Of a stretch of 32,000 nt of DNA, positions 1 to 9,618 are shown one piece after another. The stretch covers positions 120,001-152,000 of the forward strand of contig NZ_AP031381.1 of the NCBI RefSeq assembly GCF_047159375.1, given 5' to 3'. A model generated the notes under the pieces. It searched no databases. It was given only the letters and a program-made list of their open reading frames with translations, and had not been told where the DNA came from. This stretch comes from Enterobacterales bacterium endosymbiont of Anomoneura mori. GTDB taxonomy: Bacteria; Pseudomonadota; Gammaproteobacteria; Enterobacterales; Enterobacteriaceae_A. The position numbers were made by a program, and so were the translations under genes. Each line of letters begins with the position of its first letter. Within the stretch, counting starts at the first letter, position 1.

Positions 1-474
1 ATTATAAATAACAAAATTTTTTAAAAAAATAAATTTATTTAAATTTAATAAAATAATAATTGATTGTATTAATGAAATTATAAATGTTAAATAACGAATA
101 AATTGGTTAATTTTATTATTAATATTATATGAATTTTTATATTTTTTTTTAAAATTAGGATAAATAAAATTAATAATTTGTACAATAATTGTAGATGATA
201 TATATGGAGTTAAACCTAAAAAAAATATTGAAAAATTATTAATATTATTTTTTAAAAATATATTAAAATTTTCAAATATATTAAAATTATTATTTTTTAA
301 TAAAAAATCATTTATAAAATAAATATTAAAACCTGGAATTGGTATAAAATTACCAATACGAAAAATTATTAAAATACAAATTAAAAATAAAATTTTATTT
401 TTTAAATAAAAAAATTTATTATTATAATTTTTAAATATATTTTTAATTTTTTCAGTTTTCAATTTTTCCTCCAT
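1..474 (-). CDS. secY: SecY preprotein translocase subunit, N-terminal ~150 codons (3' end lies beyond the left edge of the window)
   Basis: Absent from the ORF track because it runs off the window. Hand translation of the minus-strand frame (codons 1-3 ... 472-474) has no stop. It reads ...[24 protein letters not shown]...[25 protein letters not shown]...[16 protein letters not shown]..., collinear with E. coli SecY ([21 protein letters not shown] / IFALGIMPYISASIIIQLL / QYTRYGTLVLAIFQS). It follows rplO as in the spc operon. The start is ATG 474-472 or TTG 462-460 (the latter preceded by GGAGG); both overlap the rplO 3' end. Confidence 0.9.
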   Translation of the reverse strand, partial: MEEKLKTEKIKNIFKNYNNKFFYLKNKILFLICILIIFRIGNFIPIPGFNIYFINDFLLKNNNFNIFENFNIFLKNNINNFSIFFLGLTPYISSTIIVQIINFIYPNFKKKYKNSYNINNKINQFIRYLTFIISLIQSIIILLNLNKFIFLKNFVIYN

Positions 475-883
475 TTTTTTTTAAAATATTCTGTGCACCT
501 TTTGTAATAAATAAATTAATAATTTTAAATGGTTTAATTATTTTTCCATTATGAATAATTTTAACAAATTTTATTTTTTTGTCAACTATTTTATATTTTT
601 TTAAAATAAATAAATTTATATATTTTTCTTTTATTTTATTTAATTCATATAAACGAATTTCTTTTTTAATTAATTTTTTTTTTGAAATAAAACCGAATTT
701 TGGTAAACGTTTATATAATGGTGTTTGACCACCTTCAAATCCTCTTTTAAAATTATTTCCTGAACGTGATTTTTGACCTTTATGTCCTCGACCACAAGTT
801 TTTCCTAAACCAGATCCTATTCCTCTACCACAACGTTTTTTTTTTTTGTATTTATTAATTAAAATAAAATTATTTAAATACAT
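452..883 (-). CDS. rplO: 50S ribosomal protein L15
   Basis: 143-aa ORF with the Gly/Arg/Lys-rich N-terminus [24 protein letters not shown] typical of L15. It ends ...GGKIEN at a TGA stop, where E. coli L15 also ends. Its spc-operon position lies between rpmD and secY. Confidence 0.96.
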   Translation of the reverse strand: MYLNNFILINKYKKKKRCGRGIGSGLGKTCGRGHKGQKSRSGNNFKRGFEGGQTPLYKRLPKFGFISKKKLIKKEIRLYELNKIKEKYINLFILKKYKIVDKKIKFVKIIHNGKIIKPFKIINLFITKGAQNILKKNGGKIEN

Positions 884-885
884 AA

Positions 886-1065
886 TTACTCCAAAATTTT
901 TATCATATAATATATAAGTTTTATCATTCCATTAATAGATTCAGTTTTTTTTATTTTAATAATTTTATTTATACGACCTAACCCTAAACTTATTAATGTT
1001 GCTTTATGTTTTGGTTTTTTCCCTATTGAACTTTTAATTTGTTTAATTTTAATTATTTTACTCAT
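886..1065 (-). CDS. rpmD: 50S ribosomal protein L30
   Basis: Not in the ORF track (59 aa). Hand translation gives [59 protein letters not shown], collinear with E. coli L30 ([40 protein letters not shown]...). ATG is at 1065-1063 and TAA at 888-886. It fills the rpsE-rplO gap. Confidence 0.92.
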   Translation of the reverse strand: MSKIIKIKQIKSSIGKKPKHKATLISLGLGRINKIIKIKKTESINGMIKLIYYMIKILE

Positions 1066-1083
1066 TTTATATTCCTTAAATTA

Positions 1084-1566
1084 TTAAATTATTTTTCCTC
1101 TTTTATCAGAAATATATTTTAAAGTTTTCATGTTAGATAAAGCTTTAATAGTTGCTTTAACTACATTAATAGGATTAGTTGATCCATATGTTTTTGCTAA
1201 AACATTATTAATTCCAACAACTTCTAATACAGCACGCATTGCACCACCTGCAATTATTCCAGTTCCTTCTGAAGCAGGTTTCATAAATACAATAGATTTA
1301 ATATATTTACTTTTAATAGAGTGTTGTAAAGTATTTTTTTTTAATGTTATATTTATTATATTACGTTGAGCTTTTTTTGTAGCTTTTTTAATTGCTAAAG
1401 GAACTTCTTTAGATTTTCCATATCCAAAACCAACTTTTCCTTTACCATTTCCTATTACAACAAGAGCTGTAAAACTAAACACTCTACCACCTTTAACAGT
1501 TTTTGAAACACGATTAACATTAATTAATTTTTCTTTAAATTCAAAAGATTTTTTTTCTTTATTCAT
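1084..1566 (-). CDS. rpsE: 30S ribosomal protein S5
   Basis: 160-aa ORF. It contains [49 protein letters not shown], the conserved S5 core, at the expected operon position. Confidence 0.97.
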   Translation of the reverse strand: MNKEKKSFEFKEKLINVNRVSKTVKGGRVFSFTALVVIGNGKGKVGFGYGKSKEVPLAIKKATKKAQRNIINITLKKNTLQHSIKSKYIKSIVFMKPASEGTGIIAGGAMRAVLEVVGINNVLAKTYGSTNPINVVKATIKALSNMKTLKYISDKRGKII

Positions 1567-1575
1567 TTAAATTCC

Positions 1576-1923
1576 TTAAAAAATTAAACCTGATTCACGG
1601 GCAGCTTCTGCTAAAGCTTTAATTCTACCATGATATTTATATCCAGATTTATCAAAAATAACATTTTCTATTCCATTTTTAATACAACGTTTTGCTATAA
1701 TTTTACCAATTATTGCTGCAGCATATTTATTTCCAGTATAATTAATATTTTTATTAATTTTTTTTTCTAAAGTTGATGCAGATAATAATGTTTTATTTTT
1801 AAAAATTATTTGTGCATATATATTACGAGAAGTACGAAATACTACTAATCTAATTTTTTTTAATTTTTTATTTTTTATACGAGATAAACAAGCGCGTTTT
1901 AAACGTGAAATTTTTTTATACAT
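1576..1923 (-). CDS. rplR: 50S ribosomal protein L18
   Basis: 115-aa ORF. It has a basic N-terminus and the C-terminal [17 protein letters not shown] motif of L18. It lies between rplF and rpsE. Confidence 0.96.
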   Translation of the reverse strand: MYKKISRLKRACLSRIKNKKLKKIRLVVFRTSRNIYAQIIFKNKTLLSASTLEKKINKNINYTGNKYAAAIIGKIIAKRCIKNGIENVIFDKSGYKYHGRIKALAEAARESGLIF

Positions 1924-1925
1924 TT

Positions 1926-2459
1926 TTATTTTTTTTTAGTTTCTTTTAATTTAATTATTTCATTATAATAACGTATTCCTTTACCTTTATATGAATCTGG
2001 AATATGAAATAATCTAATTTTAGCAGCAATTTGACCTAATAATTGTTTATTAGCACTATTTAAAATAATTTCATTTTCATTTTTACATTCAACTTTTATA
2101 CCTTTAGGTAAAATATAATTAATTAAATGTGAAAAACCTAAAGAAAAAATTAAAATATTATTTTTTAATACAACTTTATAACCAATACCAATTAATTTTA
2201 ATTTTTTAGTAAAATTTTTTGTTACACCAATTATCATTGAATTTATTATAGAACGTGTAGTACCTGCTTGAGACCATGAATATTTGTTATTTTTAAAAAC
2301 AGAAAAAAAAATAAAATTATTTTTTTTTTTAACAATAACATTTTCATTAATATTATATTTTAATTCATCATTTTTTCCAATAATTTTAATATTTTTTTTT
2401 TCTATAAATATTTTTACTTCATTAGGAATAAATATTGATTTTTTAGCAATACGTGACAT
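1926..2459 (-). CDS. rplF: 50S ribosomal protein L6
   Basis: 177-aa ORF starting [12 protein letters not shown], with ...GYKVVLKNN...LGFSH... and YKGKGIRY near the C-terminus, typical of L6. Operon position agrees. Confidence 0.96.
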   Translation of the reverse strand: MSRIAKKSIFIPNEVKIFIEKKNIKIIGKNDELKYNINENVIVKKKNNFIFFSVFKNNKYSWSQAGTTRSIINSMIIGVTKNFTKKLKLIGIGYKVVLKNNILIFSLGFSHLINYILPKGIKVECKNENEIILNSANKQLLGQIAAKIRLFHIPDSYKGKGIRYYNEIIKLKETKKK

Positions 2460-2468
2460 AATTAATCC

Positions 2469-2861
2469 TTAATAAACATAACAAATAACTTCACCACCTA
2501 TTCCTTTATTTTTAGCTAATTTATTAGACATTATACCTTTAGACGTTGATATAATTGCTATTCCAAAATAATTCATAACTTTAGGAATTTTTTTTTTATT
2601 TTTATATATACGTAAACTAGGTTTACTTATTCTTTGAATGTTTTCTATAACTGGTTTATTATTAAAATATTTTAAAATTACTTCTAATTTTAATTTATTT
2701 TCATTAATTATTTTATAATTTTTTATATAACCTTCTTCTTTTAATACTCTTAAAATTTCTTTTTTAATATTAGAAAATGGTAATTTAATTTTATTTTTTT
2801 TATTATTTTGTCCATTTCTTATATATGTTAACATATCTGAAATTGGATCTTGCATACTCAT
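2469..2861 (-). CDS. rpsH: 30S ribosomal protein S8
   Basis: 130-aa ORF with [18 protein letters not shown] at the N-terminus and [11 protein letters not shown] at the C-terminus, both classic S8 ends. Confidence 0.97.
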   Translation of the reverse strand: MSMQDPISDMLTYIRNGQNNKKNKIKLPFSNIKKEILRVLKEEGYIKNYKIINENKLKLEVILKYFNNKPVIENIQRISKPSLRIYKNKKKIPKVMNYFGIAIISTSKGIMSNKLAKNKGIGGEVICYVY

Positions 2862-2885
2862 AATAACTCCAAAATTACAATAATT

Positions 2886-3191
2886 TTACCAGCTAGCTTT
2901 TTTTAAACCAGGTATTTCACCACGCATAGCAAATTCTCTAAATTTAATACGACTTAAACCAAATTTTCTAATATATCCTCTTGGTCTACCAGTTATAAAA
3001 CATCTATTATGATATCTAGATAAACTAGAATTACGAGGTAAAGATTGTAATTTAAAAATATATTTTAATTTTTTATTAAAAGAATATGAATTATTGTTAA
3101 TTTTTTTTTTAATTTCATTTCTTATAACAATAAATTTGTTTATTAATTTTAATTTTTTTTTTTCTCTTATTATAATAGATTTTTTAGTCAT
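2886..3191 (-). CDS. rpsN: 30S ribosomal protein S14
   Basis: 101-aa ORF. The C-terminal half is [40 protein letters not shown], the long-form S14 signature. Confidence 0.97.
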   Translation of the reverse strand: MTKKSIIIREKKKLKLINKFIVIRNEIKKKINNNSYSFNKKLKYIFKLQSLPRNSSLSRYHNRCFITGRPRGYIRKFGLSRIKFREFAMRGEIPGLKKASW

Positions 3192-3193
3192 AA

Positions 3194-3739
3194 TTATCCT
3201 ATTTTTTTAAAAGGAAAATTAATATATGATAATAATAAATATGTAAGATTATCAGAATTTGAATTAGTAACAATTGTTATATTCATACCTTTAATAATAT
3301 CAATTTTATCAAATTCAATTTCAGGAAAAATAATTTGTTCTTTAATACCAATATTAAAATTTCCATTACCATCAAATGAATTTAATGATAAACCTCGAAA
3401 ATCTCTTATTCTAGGTATAGCAACAAAAATTAATCTTTCTAAAAATTCCCACATACGTTTACCTCTTAAAGTAACTTTACAACCAATTGAATTATTTTGT
3501 CTAATTTTAAAATTAGCAATTGATTTTTTTACTTTAGTAATTATTGGTTTTTGTCCTGAAATAACAGATAAATTATTTGAAGCAATATCTATTTTTTTTT
3601 TATTAAAACCTGATTCTCCTAATCCAACATTCAAACAAATTTTTAATATTTTAGGAACTTGCATACATGATTTAAATTTAAGTTTTTTAAATATTAAACC
3701 TATAATTTTTTTTTTATAAAAATTATATAAATTTTTCAT
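3194..3739 (-). CDS. rplE: 50S ribosomal protein L5
   Basis: 181-aa ORF containing [43 protein letters not shown] and [28 protein letters not shown], both L5 motifs. Confidence 0.97.
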   Translation of the reverse strand: MKNLYNFYKKKIIGLIFKKLKFKSCMQVPKILKICLNVGLGESGFNKKKIDIASNNLSVISGQKPIITKVKKSIANFKIRQNNSIGCKVTLRGKRMWEFLERLIFVAIPRIRDFRGLSLNSFDGNGNFNIGIKEQIIFPEIEFDKIDIIKGMNITIVTNSNSDNLTYLLLSYINFPFKKIG

Positions 3740-3749
3740 TTTTTAAAAA

Positions 3750-4064
3750 TTATTTAATATATTTTTTATTTGATTTATATAAACGTATTTTTTTATTATT
3801 TTTTATTATAAAACTAACACGATCAATTTTATTTGTATATTTATTTAATATTGAAATATTAGAAATATCAATAGGAAATTCTTTTTTAATTATACTACCT
3901 AATTTATTCATATGTGCAATAGGTTTTTGATGTTTTTTAAATATATTTATATTTTTAATAATTACTTTTTTTTTTGATAAAATTTTTAAAACTTTTCCAC
4001 GTTTACCCTTATATTTACCAGATATTATAATAATTTTATCATTACATTTTATTTTATTTGCCAT
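3750..4064 (-). CDS. rplX: 50S ribosomal protein L24
   Basis: 104-aa ORF with the KOW-type N-terminus DKIIIISGKYKGKRGKV. It lies between rplN and rplE. Confidence 0.94.
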   Translation of the reverse strand: MANKIKCNDKIIIISGKYKGKRGKVLKILSKKKVIIKNINIFKKHQKPIAHMNKLGSIIKKEFPIDISNISILNKYTNKIDRVSFIIKNNKKIRLYKSNKKYIK

Positions 4065-4074
4065 TTATACCTTT

Positions 4075-4446
4075 TTAAAGTACTTCAGAAGCTAAAGAAA
4101 TTATTTTTTTAAATTTTTCATTTTTTAATTCTCTAGTAATTGGTCCAAAAATACGTGTTCCTATTGGTTGTAATGTAGTATTATTTAAAATTACACATGA
4201 ATTAGTATCAAATCTAATTAATGATCCATCAATACGACGAACACCTTTTTTAGTTCTTACAATAACTGCTTTTAAAACTTCACCTTTTTTAATTTTACTA
4301 TTTGAAATAGTTTCTTTAATAGAAATTTTTATTATATCTCCAATATTTGCATAACGTTTATGAGTTCCGCCTAAAACTTTAATACACATAACTTTTTTAG
4401 CACCAGAATTATCAGCAACATTTAATATAGAATGTTCTTGAATCAT
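4075..4446 (-). CDS. rplN: 50S ribosomal protein L14
   Basis: 123-aa [30 protein letters not shown]...[13 protein letters not shown]...[15 protein letters not shown] closely follows E. coli L14. Confidence 0.98.
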   Translation of the reverse strand: MIQEHSILNVADNSGAKKVMCIKVLGGTHKRYANIGDIIKISIKETISNSKIKKGEVLKAVIVRTKKGVRRIDGSLIRFDTNSCVILNNTTLQPIGTRIFGPITRELKNEKFKKIISLASEVL

Positions 4447-4484
4447 TTAAATTTATAAAATAATAAAATTAATTAAATTTATAA

Positions 4485-4742
4485 TTATTTATAAAAATTT
4501 TTTTTTAAAATACTTTTTAAAATCCAAAATTTTTTTTTAGATATTGGTTTATTTTCAGTAAATTCTACTATATCTCCAATATTACATTTATTTTTTTCAT
4601 CATGAACATAAAATTTAGTTGATTTTTTTATAAATTTTTCATAAAGTGAATGTTTTACTTTACGTTCAACAATAACAACAATAGTTTTAATCATCTTATT
4701 ACTAATTACACGACCTTTATAAATTCTTTTTTTAATAATCAT
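4485..4742 (-). CDS. rpsQ: 30S ribosomal protein S17
   Basis: 85-aa ORF. GRVISNKMIKTIVVIVERKVKHSLYEKFIKKSTKFYVHDEKNKCNIGDIV..E..PISKKK.W is S17-like. It is the last gene of the S10 operon. Confidence 0.96.
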   Translation of the reverse strand: MIIKKRIYKGRVISNKMIKTIVVIVERKVKHSLYEKFIKKSTKFYVHDEKNKCNIGDIVEFTENKPISKKKFWILKSILKKNFYK

Positions 4743-4746
4743 TTAT

Positions 4747-4935
4747 TTACTCTTTTTTATAAGTTATTAAAGTTTTTATACGTGCAATATCACGACGATT
4801 TTCTTTTATTAAATGATTTTTATTAATTTTTTTATTTTTATATTTTAAACGTAAATTAAATTTTTCATATAATAAAATATGTAATATATTATATAATTCT
4901 TTAATATTTTTATTTTTAATATTTTTTATTTTCAT
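4747..4935 (-). CDS. rpmC: 50S ribosomal protein L29
   Basis: The internal ATG (4935-4933) of track ORF 4747..5004 gives [62 protein letters not shown] (62 aa). This is collinear with E. coli L29 ([31 protein letters not shown]...RRDVARVKTLL). It overlaps the rplP 3' end by 20 nt. Confidence 0.93.
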   Translation of the reverse strand: MKIKNIKNKNIKELYNILHILLYEKFNLRLKYKNKKINKNHLIKENRRDIARIKTLITYKKE

Positions 4936-5344
4936 AATTTTTTTTTTTTTTTGTAAAAATAGTTTTAATTGGTAATTTATTTGAAGCAATATTAAATGCT
5001 TCACGTGCTAATTCTTCTGATATATCATCTAATTCATAAATAATTTTACCTGGTTTAATCAATGAAACCCAATATTCAACATTACCTTTTCCTTTTCCCA
5101 TTCTAACTTCTAAAGGTTTTTTAGTTATAGGTTTATCTGGAAATACACAAATCCAAATTTTTCCCTGTTTTTTAATTATACGATTAATAACTTTACGAGC
5201 AGATTCAATTTGTTTTGAAGTTAATCTACCATGTTCAATTGATTTTAAACCAAATATTCCAAATTTTAAATTTTTATTAATTATACTTCCTCTATTACGT
5301 CCTTTTTGCATTTTTTTATATTTTGTTTTTTTAGGTTGTAACAT
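4916..5344 (-). CDS. rplP: 50S ribosomal protein L16
   Basis: 142-aa [22 protein letters not shown]...[17 protein letters not shown]...[32 protein letters not shown] is the L16 signature. It has a short Lys-rich C-terminal extension relative to E. coli. Confidence 0.97.
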   Translation of the reverse strand: MLQPKKTKYKKMQKGRNRGSIINKNLKFGIFGLKSIEHGRLTSKQIESARKVINRIIKKQGKIWICVFPDKPITKKPLEVRMGKGKGNVEYWVSLIKPGKIIYELDDISEELAREAFNIASNKLPIKTIFTKKKKNYENKKY

Positions 5345-5370
5345 TTTAAATTTCCATTAAATTATTTTTT

Positions 5371-6042
5371 TTATATTTTATATTTTTTTAAAATTTGCTT
5401 TTTAAAAAAAGATTTAATATCTAATATTTCTCCATTAAATATCCAAACTTTAATTCCTATAGTTCCATATGTTGTATTTGCTATTGATGTATTATAATCA
5501 ATATTAGCACGTAAAGTATGTAAAGGTACACGTCCTTTACGATACCATTCAGTTTTAGCAATTTCTATTCCACCGATACGTCCGCTTACTTGTATTTTTA
5601 TACCAATTGCACCATTTTTAATAGCATTTTTAATTGTTTTTTTTATAATATATTTTAACATAATACGTTGTTCTAATTGTAGTTTAATATTATTAGCAAC
5701 TAATTTTGAATCTATTTCAGGTTTTTTAATTTCAAACATATTTATTTTAATATTTATATTTATAATTTTTTTAATTTTTTCACATAATTTTTTTACATTA
5801 TATTTATTTTTAATTACTGAATTTGGACGAGAAGTATAAATAATTACTTTAATATTTTTAATATTTTTAATGATAACAATTTTTGAAACAAATAAATTTA
5901 TTAATTTACTTTTAAGAAAATTTCTAATTTTTAAATCACTATATAAATTTACACTATAGTTTTTTTTATTAGAATACCATAACGAATTCCAAGAATTAAT
6001 TATTCCTAATCTCATACCATTTGGATTAACTTTTTGTCCCAT
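5371..6042 (-). CDS. rpsC: 30S ribosomal protein S3
   Basis: 223-aa ORF with MGQKVNPNGMRLGI at the N-terminus and ...GRIGGIEIAKTEWYRKGRVPLHTLRANIDY...TTYGTIGIKVWIF, both conserved S3 blocks. Confidence 0.97.
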   Translation of the reverse strand: MGQKVNPNGMRLGIINSWNSLWYSNKKNYSVNLYSDLKIRNFLKSKLINLFVSKIVIIKNIKNIKVIIYTSRPNSVIKNKYNVKKLCEKIKKIININIKINMFEIKKPEIDSKLVANNIKLQLEQRIMLKYIIKKTIKNAIKNGAIGIKIQVSGRIGGIEIAKTEWYRKGRVPLHTLRANIDYNTSIANTTYGTIGIKVWIFNGEILDIKSFFKKQILKKYKI

Positions 6043-6061
6043 TTAAACTATTCTCCTAATA

Positions 6062-6397
6062 TTAATTTACAGATAATATTATATTAATATGACTAGTACG
6101 TTTTAAAATATAATCAGTTTTTCCTTTTGCACGAGGCATTATATGTTTTGTTCTTGAACCTTCATCTATAAAAATTTTTTTTATATATAATAAATTAATA
6201 TTAATATTATTGTTTTTATAATTAAAAATTGCAGATTTTAATACTTTTTTAATTAAATTTGAAGATTTTTTACAACTAAATTTTAAATTTTCTAAAGCTT
6301 CTAATGCATTTTTACCTTTAATTAAATTAGAAATTAAACGTAATTTTTGAGCAGAAGAATTTGCATAACGATGTTTAGTAATTATTTCTTTAATCAT
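6062..6397 (-). CDS. rplV: 50S ribosomal protein L22
   Basis: 111-aa ORF containing [28 protein letters not shown] and [28 protein letters not shown], both L22 motifs. Confidence 0.96.
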   Translation of the reverse strand: MIKEIITKHRYANSSAQKLRLISNLIKGKNALEALENLKFSCKKSSNLIKKVLKSAIFNYKNNNININLLYIKKIFIDEGSRTKHIMPRAKGKTDYILKRTSHINIILSVN

Positions 6398-6687
6398 TTT
6401 TTATCACCATTTTTTATGTTTTTTATTTTTTTATCTGATGAATGTCCTTTAAAATTTCTAGTCATTACAAATTCACCTAATTTATGACCTATCATTTCAT
6501 CTAATATAAAAATTGGTATATGTTTTTTACCATTATGTACAGCTATAGTTAAACCAATCATATTAGGAAATATTGTTGAACGACGTGACCAAGTCTTTAA
6601 AAATTTTTTTTTTTTAATATTTATTTTTTCAATTTTTTTAAATAAATGTTTATCAATATAAGGACCTTTTTTAATAGATCTTGACAT
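6394..6687 (-). CDS. rpsS: 30S ribosomal protein S19
   Basis: 97-aa [18 protein letters not shown]...[49 protein letters not shown] is the S19 signature. It overlaps rplV by 4 nt. Confidence 0.97.
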   Translation of the reverse strand: MSRSIKKGPYIDKHLFKKIEKINIKKKKFLKTWSRRSTIFPNMIGLTIAVHNGKKHIPIFILDEMIGHKLGEFVMTRNFKGHSSDKKIKNIKNGDKK

Positions 6688-6698
6688 TATATTTCCTT

Positions 6699-7526
6699 TT
6701 ATTTTTTTTTATTATTTAAATTTATAATAAATTTATTAGTACGTTTATTAGTTCTTGTTTTTTTACCTTTTGTTTGAATACCCCAAGGAGTTACAGGATG
6801 TTTTCCAAAATTTCGTCCTTCACCACCACCATGTGGATGATCTATTGGATTCATAGCAGTTCCACGCACTGTTGGTCTTATACCTTTCCAACGTGATTTT
6901 CCAGCTTTACCTAATAAATATAACATATGTTTTGAAAAACTAACACTACCTAAAGTTGCACGACAATTCATAAAAATTTTACGAATTTCACCAGAACGTA
7001 ATCTAATATTAACATATTTTTTATCACTTGAAATAATTTGAGCATATGTTCCAGCTGCTCGAGCTAATTGACCTCCTTTACCTGGTTTTAATTCTATATT
7101 ATGAATAATTGAACCTATTGGAATATTACAAATAGGTAATGTATTACCTAATTTAATATTAACATTTTCACCAGATTCAATTTTATCACCAATTTTAATA
7201 TCTTTCATAGCTAAAATATATTTTCGAATACCATTTTTATATAAAATAAGAGCTATATTACAAGATCTATTAGGATCATATTCTAAACGTTCAACTTTAC
7301 CAATAATATTATCATAATTACGTTTAAAATCAATAATTCTATAATGTTTTTTATGACCTCCACCTTTATGTCTAGTAGTTATACGACCTAAATTATTTCT
7401 ACCACCTGTTTTTTTTTTTTTAGAAAGTAATGATTTATTAAGTTTACCTTTATATAATTTTTTATTAATTACTTTTATAAGATGTCTTACACCTGGTGAT
7501 GTAGGTTTACAATTAATAATTGTCAT
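6699..7526 (-). CDS. rplB: 50S ribosomal protein L2
   Basis: 275-aa ORF containing [62 protein letters not shown] and [14 protein letters not shown], all L2 motifs. Confidence 0.98.
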   Translation of the reverse strand: MTIINCKPTSPGVRHLIKVINKKLYKGKLNKSLLSKKKKTGGRNNLGRITTRHKGGGHKKHYRIIDFKRNYDNIIGKVERLEYDPNRSCNIALILYKNGIRKYILAMKDIKIGDKIESGENVNIKLGNTLPICNIPIGSIIHNIELKPGKGGQLARAAGTYAQIISSDKKYVNIRLRSGEIRKIFMNCRATLGSVSFSKHMLYLLGKAGKSRWKGIRPTVRGTAMNPIDHPHGGGEGRNFGKHPVTPWGIQTKGKKTRTNKRTNKFIINLNNKKK

Positions 7527-7533
7527 ATAATTC

Positions 7534-7842
7534 CTATAATGTTACATTATTAATCGAATTTAAATTATAATTTTTTTTTAATATAACATAAGCTTTTTTC
7601 CATATTTTAGTATAACTAAAATTATTTTTATTTATTCTTCTTTTTTTTTTTTTTGTTAATAATGTCTTAACTGATAATACTTTTACATTAAATAATTTTT
7701 GTATAGATTTTTTAATTTCACTTTTATTACAATTATTAATAACTTTTAAAACAATTGTTTTATTATTTTTAATAAAATAAGATGTTTTATCAGATAAATG
7801 CATATTATAAATAATATTTATTAATTTTTCTTTATTTAACAT
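7534..7842 (-). CDS. rplW: 50S ribosomal protein L23
   Basis: 102-aa ORF. It lies between rplD and rplB and contains an L23-like [29 protein letters not shown] block. The sequence is compositionally degraded, so identity rests mainly on synteny and size. Confidence 0.88.
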   Translation of the reverse strand: MLNKEKLINIIYNMHLSDKTSYFIKNNKTIVLKVINNCNKSEIKKSIQKLFNVKVLSVKTLLTKKKKRRINKNNFSYTKIWKKAYVILKKNYNLNSINNVTL

Positions 7843-8441
7843 AATATTTTTTCAAAATATTTTATTACATCTAAAGTAATTATTACTTTATCAGAATTAA
7901 TTAAATTTAATATATTAATATTATTAATATCATTTAATTTAACATTAAAAATATTACGAGAAGATAAAAATAAATTTTTATCAATTTTTTTTGTAATTAT
8001 TAAAATTTTTTCTTTTAAAATATTTTTAATTTTTTTTAAAAAAATATTAGTTTTAGGTAATTCTATTATTAAATTATTTAAAATTATTAATCTATTTTGT
8101 CTAATTAATTCAGATAAAATACATTTTATAGCACCTCTATACATTTTTTTATTTATTTTTATTTTTTTATTATTAGGTTTAGAAGCAAAAGTAACTCCAC
8201 CAGAACGCCAGATTGGACTTTTAGAAGAACCAGCTCTAGCGCGCCCTGTTCCTTTTTGTCGCCAAGGTTTTTTATTTGAACCTATAACTTCTGATTTATT
8301 TTTTTGAGATTTGCTACCATTATGTTTTTTAATATTAAAAGATATAAGTACTTGATGAACTAATGAAATATTTAATTTACAATTAAAAATAGATTTAGAT
8401 ATGTTTATTTTTTTTTTAGTGTCTTGTATTAAAAATTTCAA
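7836..8441 (-). CDS. rplD: 50S ribosomal protein L4 (TTG start)
   Basis: 201-aa ORF. GSNKKPWRQKGTGRARAGSSKSPIWRSGGVTFA and KINKKMYRGAIKCILSELIRQNRL follow E. coli L4. The start codon at 8441-8439 is TTG, preceded by GGAG (8452-8449) with a 7-nt spacer. The N-terminus aligns to the E. coli L4 start. Confidence 0.95.
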   Translation of the reverse strand: MKFLIQDTKKKINISKSIFNCKLNISLVHQVLISFNIKKHNGSKSQKNKSEVIGSNKKPWRQKGTGRARAGSSKSPIWRSGGVTFASKPNNKKIKINKKMYRGAIKCILSELIRQNRLIILNNLIIELPKTNIFLKKIKNILKEKILIITKKIDKNLFLSSRNIFNVKLNDINNINILNLINSDKVIITLDVIKYFEKILC

Positions 8442-8443
8442 AA

Positions 8444-9076
8444 TTATACTCCATAAATTTTTATTGCAGGTTTAATTATAACATTATTACCAATTGAACC
8501 AGGAATTGAACCTTTAATTAATAATAAATTTTCATTAATATTTATTTTAATAATTTTTAAATTTTGTATTGTTATTTTTTTATTTCCTAAATGACCAGCC
8601 ATTTTTTTACCTTTAAAAACTCTTCCTGGTGATTGATTTTGACCAATTGAACCTGGTACTCTATGAGATAAAGAATTACCATGTGTATTATCTTGTGTTT
8701 TAAAATTCCAACGTTTTACAGTACCTGAAAATCCCTTTCCTTTAGAAAAACTTGTAACATCAACTTTTTTAATTTTTAAAAAAATATTTAAATTTAATTC
8801 TTCACCTAAATTAAAATTATGTTTTTTATAAATACGAAATTCAAATAATTTTGAACCAGATTTTAAACCAGATTTAAAAAAATGTCCAAGTTCAGATTTT
8901 TTATATTTTTTTTTATAATTAGTAGTTATTTGAATTGCATTATATTTATCTTTTTTAATATTTTTAATTTGAGTAATAAAATTTGGTTTAATTTCAATAA
9001 TACTTATAGGAATTGAAAAACCTTTTTCATTAAATATTCTTGACATACCAATTTTTTTTCCAATTAATCCAATCAT
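8444..9076 (-). CDS. rplC: 50S ribosomal protein L3
   Basis: 210-aa [18 protein letters not shown], ...[55 protein letters not shown] are L3 signature blocks. Confidence 0.98.
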   Translation of the reverse strand: MIGLIGKKIGMSRIFNEKGFSIPISIIEIKPNFITQIKNIKKDKYNAIQITTNYKKKYKKSELGHFFKSGLKSGSKLFEFRIYKKHNFNLGEELNLNIFLKIKKVDVTSFSKGKGFSGTVKRWNFKTQDNTHGNSLSHRVPGSIGQNQSPGRVFKGKKMAGHLGNKKITIQNLKIIKININENLLLIKGSIPGSIGNNVIIKPAIKIYGV

Positions 9077-9092
9077 TAATAAACCTTAAATT

Positions 9093-9404
9093 TTAATTAA
9101 TAGTAATTATTTTTACATCAATTCCAGAAAATATTTTTATTTTTATTAAATCATTAATAGTTTTAAAATCTGATGTTATAATCTCTAATATTCTTCTATA
9201 TGTACAAATTTCATATTGATCACGAGCTTTTTTATCAACATGAGGAGATGTAAGTATAGTAAAACGTTCTCTAATAATTGGTAATGGTATAGGACCATAA
9301 ATAATAGAATTTGTTTTAATTGCAATATTAATAAAATTTACTATAATTTTATTAATTAATCTATAATCATATGAACTTAATTTAATTCTAATATGTTTTT
9401 TCAT
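9093..9404 (-). CDS. rpsJ: 30S ribosomal protein S10
   Basis: 103-aa ORF. IRIKL.SYD..L........I...GPIPLP...ERFTILTSPHVDKKARDQYEI.TY.R matches S10. It is the first gene of the S10 operon. Confidence 0.96.
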   Translation of the reverse strand: MKKHIRIKLSSYDYRLINKIIVNFINIAIKTNSIIYGPIPLPIIRERFTILTSPHVDKKARDQYEICTYRRILEIITSDFKTINDLIKIKIFSGIDVKIITIN

Positions 9405-9618
9405 AAAAAATTTTCCAAAAAAAATTAAAATTATTTATTTTAATATTATATCAAATTTTAAAAAAAAATATAATTTATTTTATTTTAAATATAAAATAAT
9501 AATTTTGATTATTTAAATTATAAATATTTTAAAATTATTAAAAACTTTAAATATTGTAAAAAATAAATAATAAATATTTATTATAATAAATTATAAAATA
9601 ATAAAATTTATAAAAATA

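Noticed and set aside
452-454. Possible UGA-to-Trp recoding, as in some tiny-genome symbionts.
   Set aside because: rplO ends at TGA exactly where E. coli L15 ends. All Trp positions I checked use TGG. The standard-code ORF track yields full-length orthologs.
1130-1369. 79-aa plus-strand ORF inside rpsE. The ORFs at 2284..2472 (inside rplF/rpsH), 11315..11509 (inside dnaE) and 21094..21438 (inside rnc) are of the same kind.
   Set aside because: All lie antisense to strongly conserved genes and have low-complexity Ile/Leu/Phe/Lys composition. They have no recognisable motifs and no ribosome-binding site. They are shadow ORFs expected from codon bias in A+T-rich DNA.
4936-5004. N-terminal 23-codon extension of the track ORF 4747..5004 ([12 protein letters not shown]...).
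   Set aside because: The extension lies entirely inside the rplP coding region. The internal ATG at 4935 gives a 62-aa product that aligns end to end with L29.
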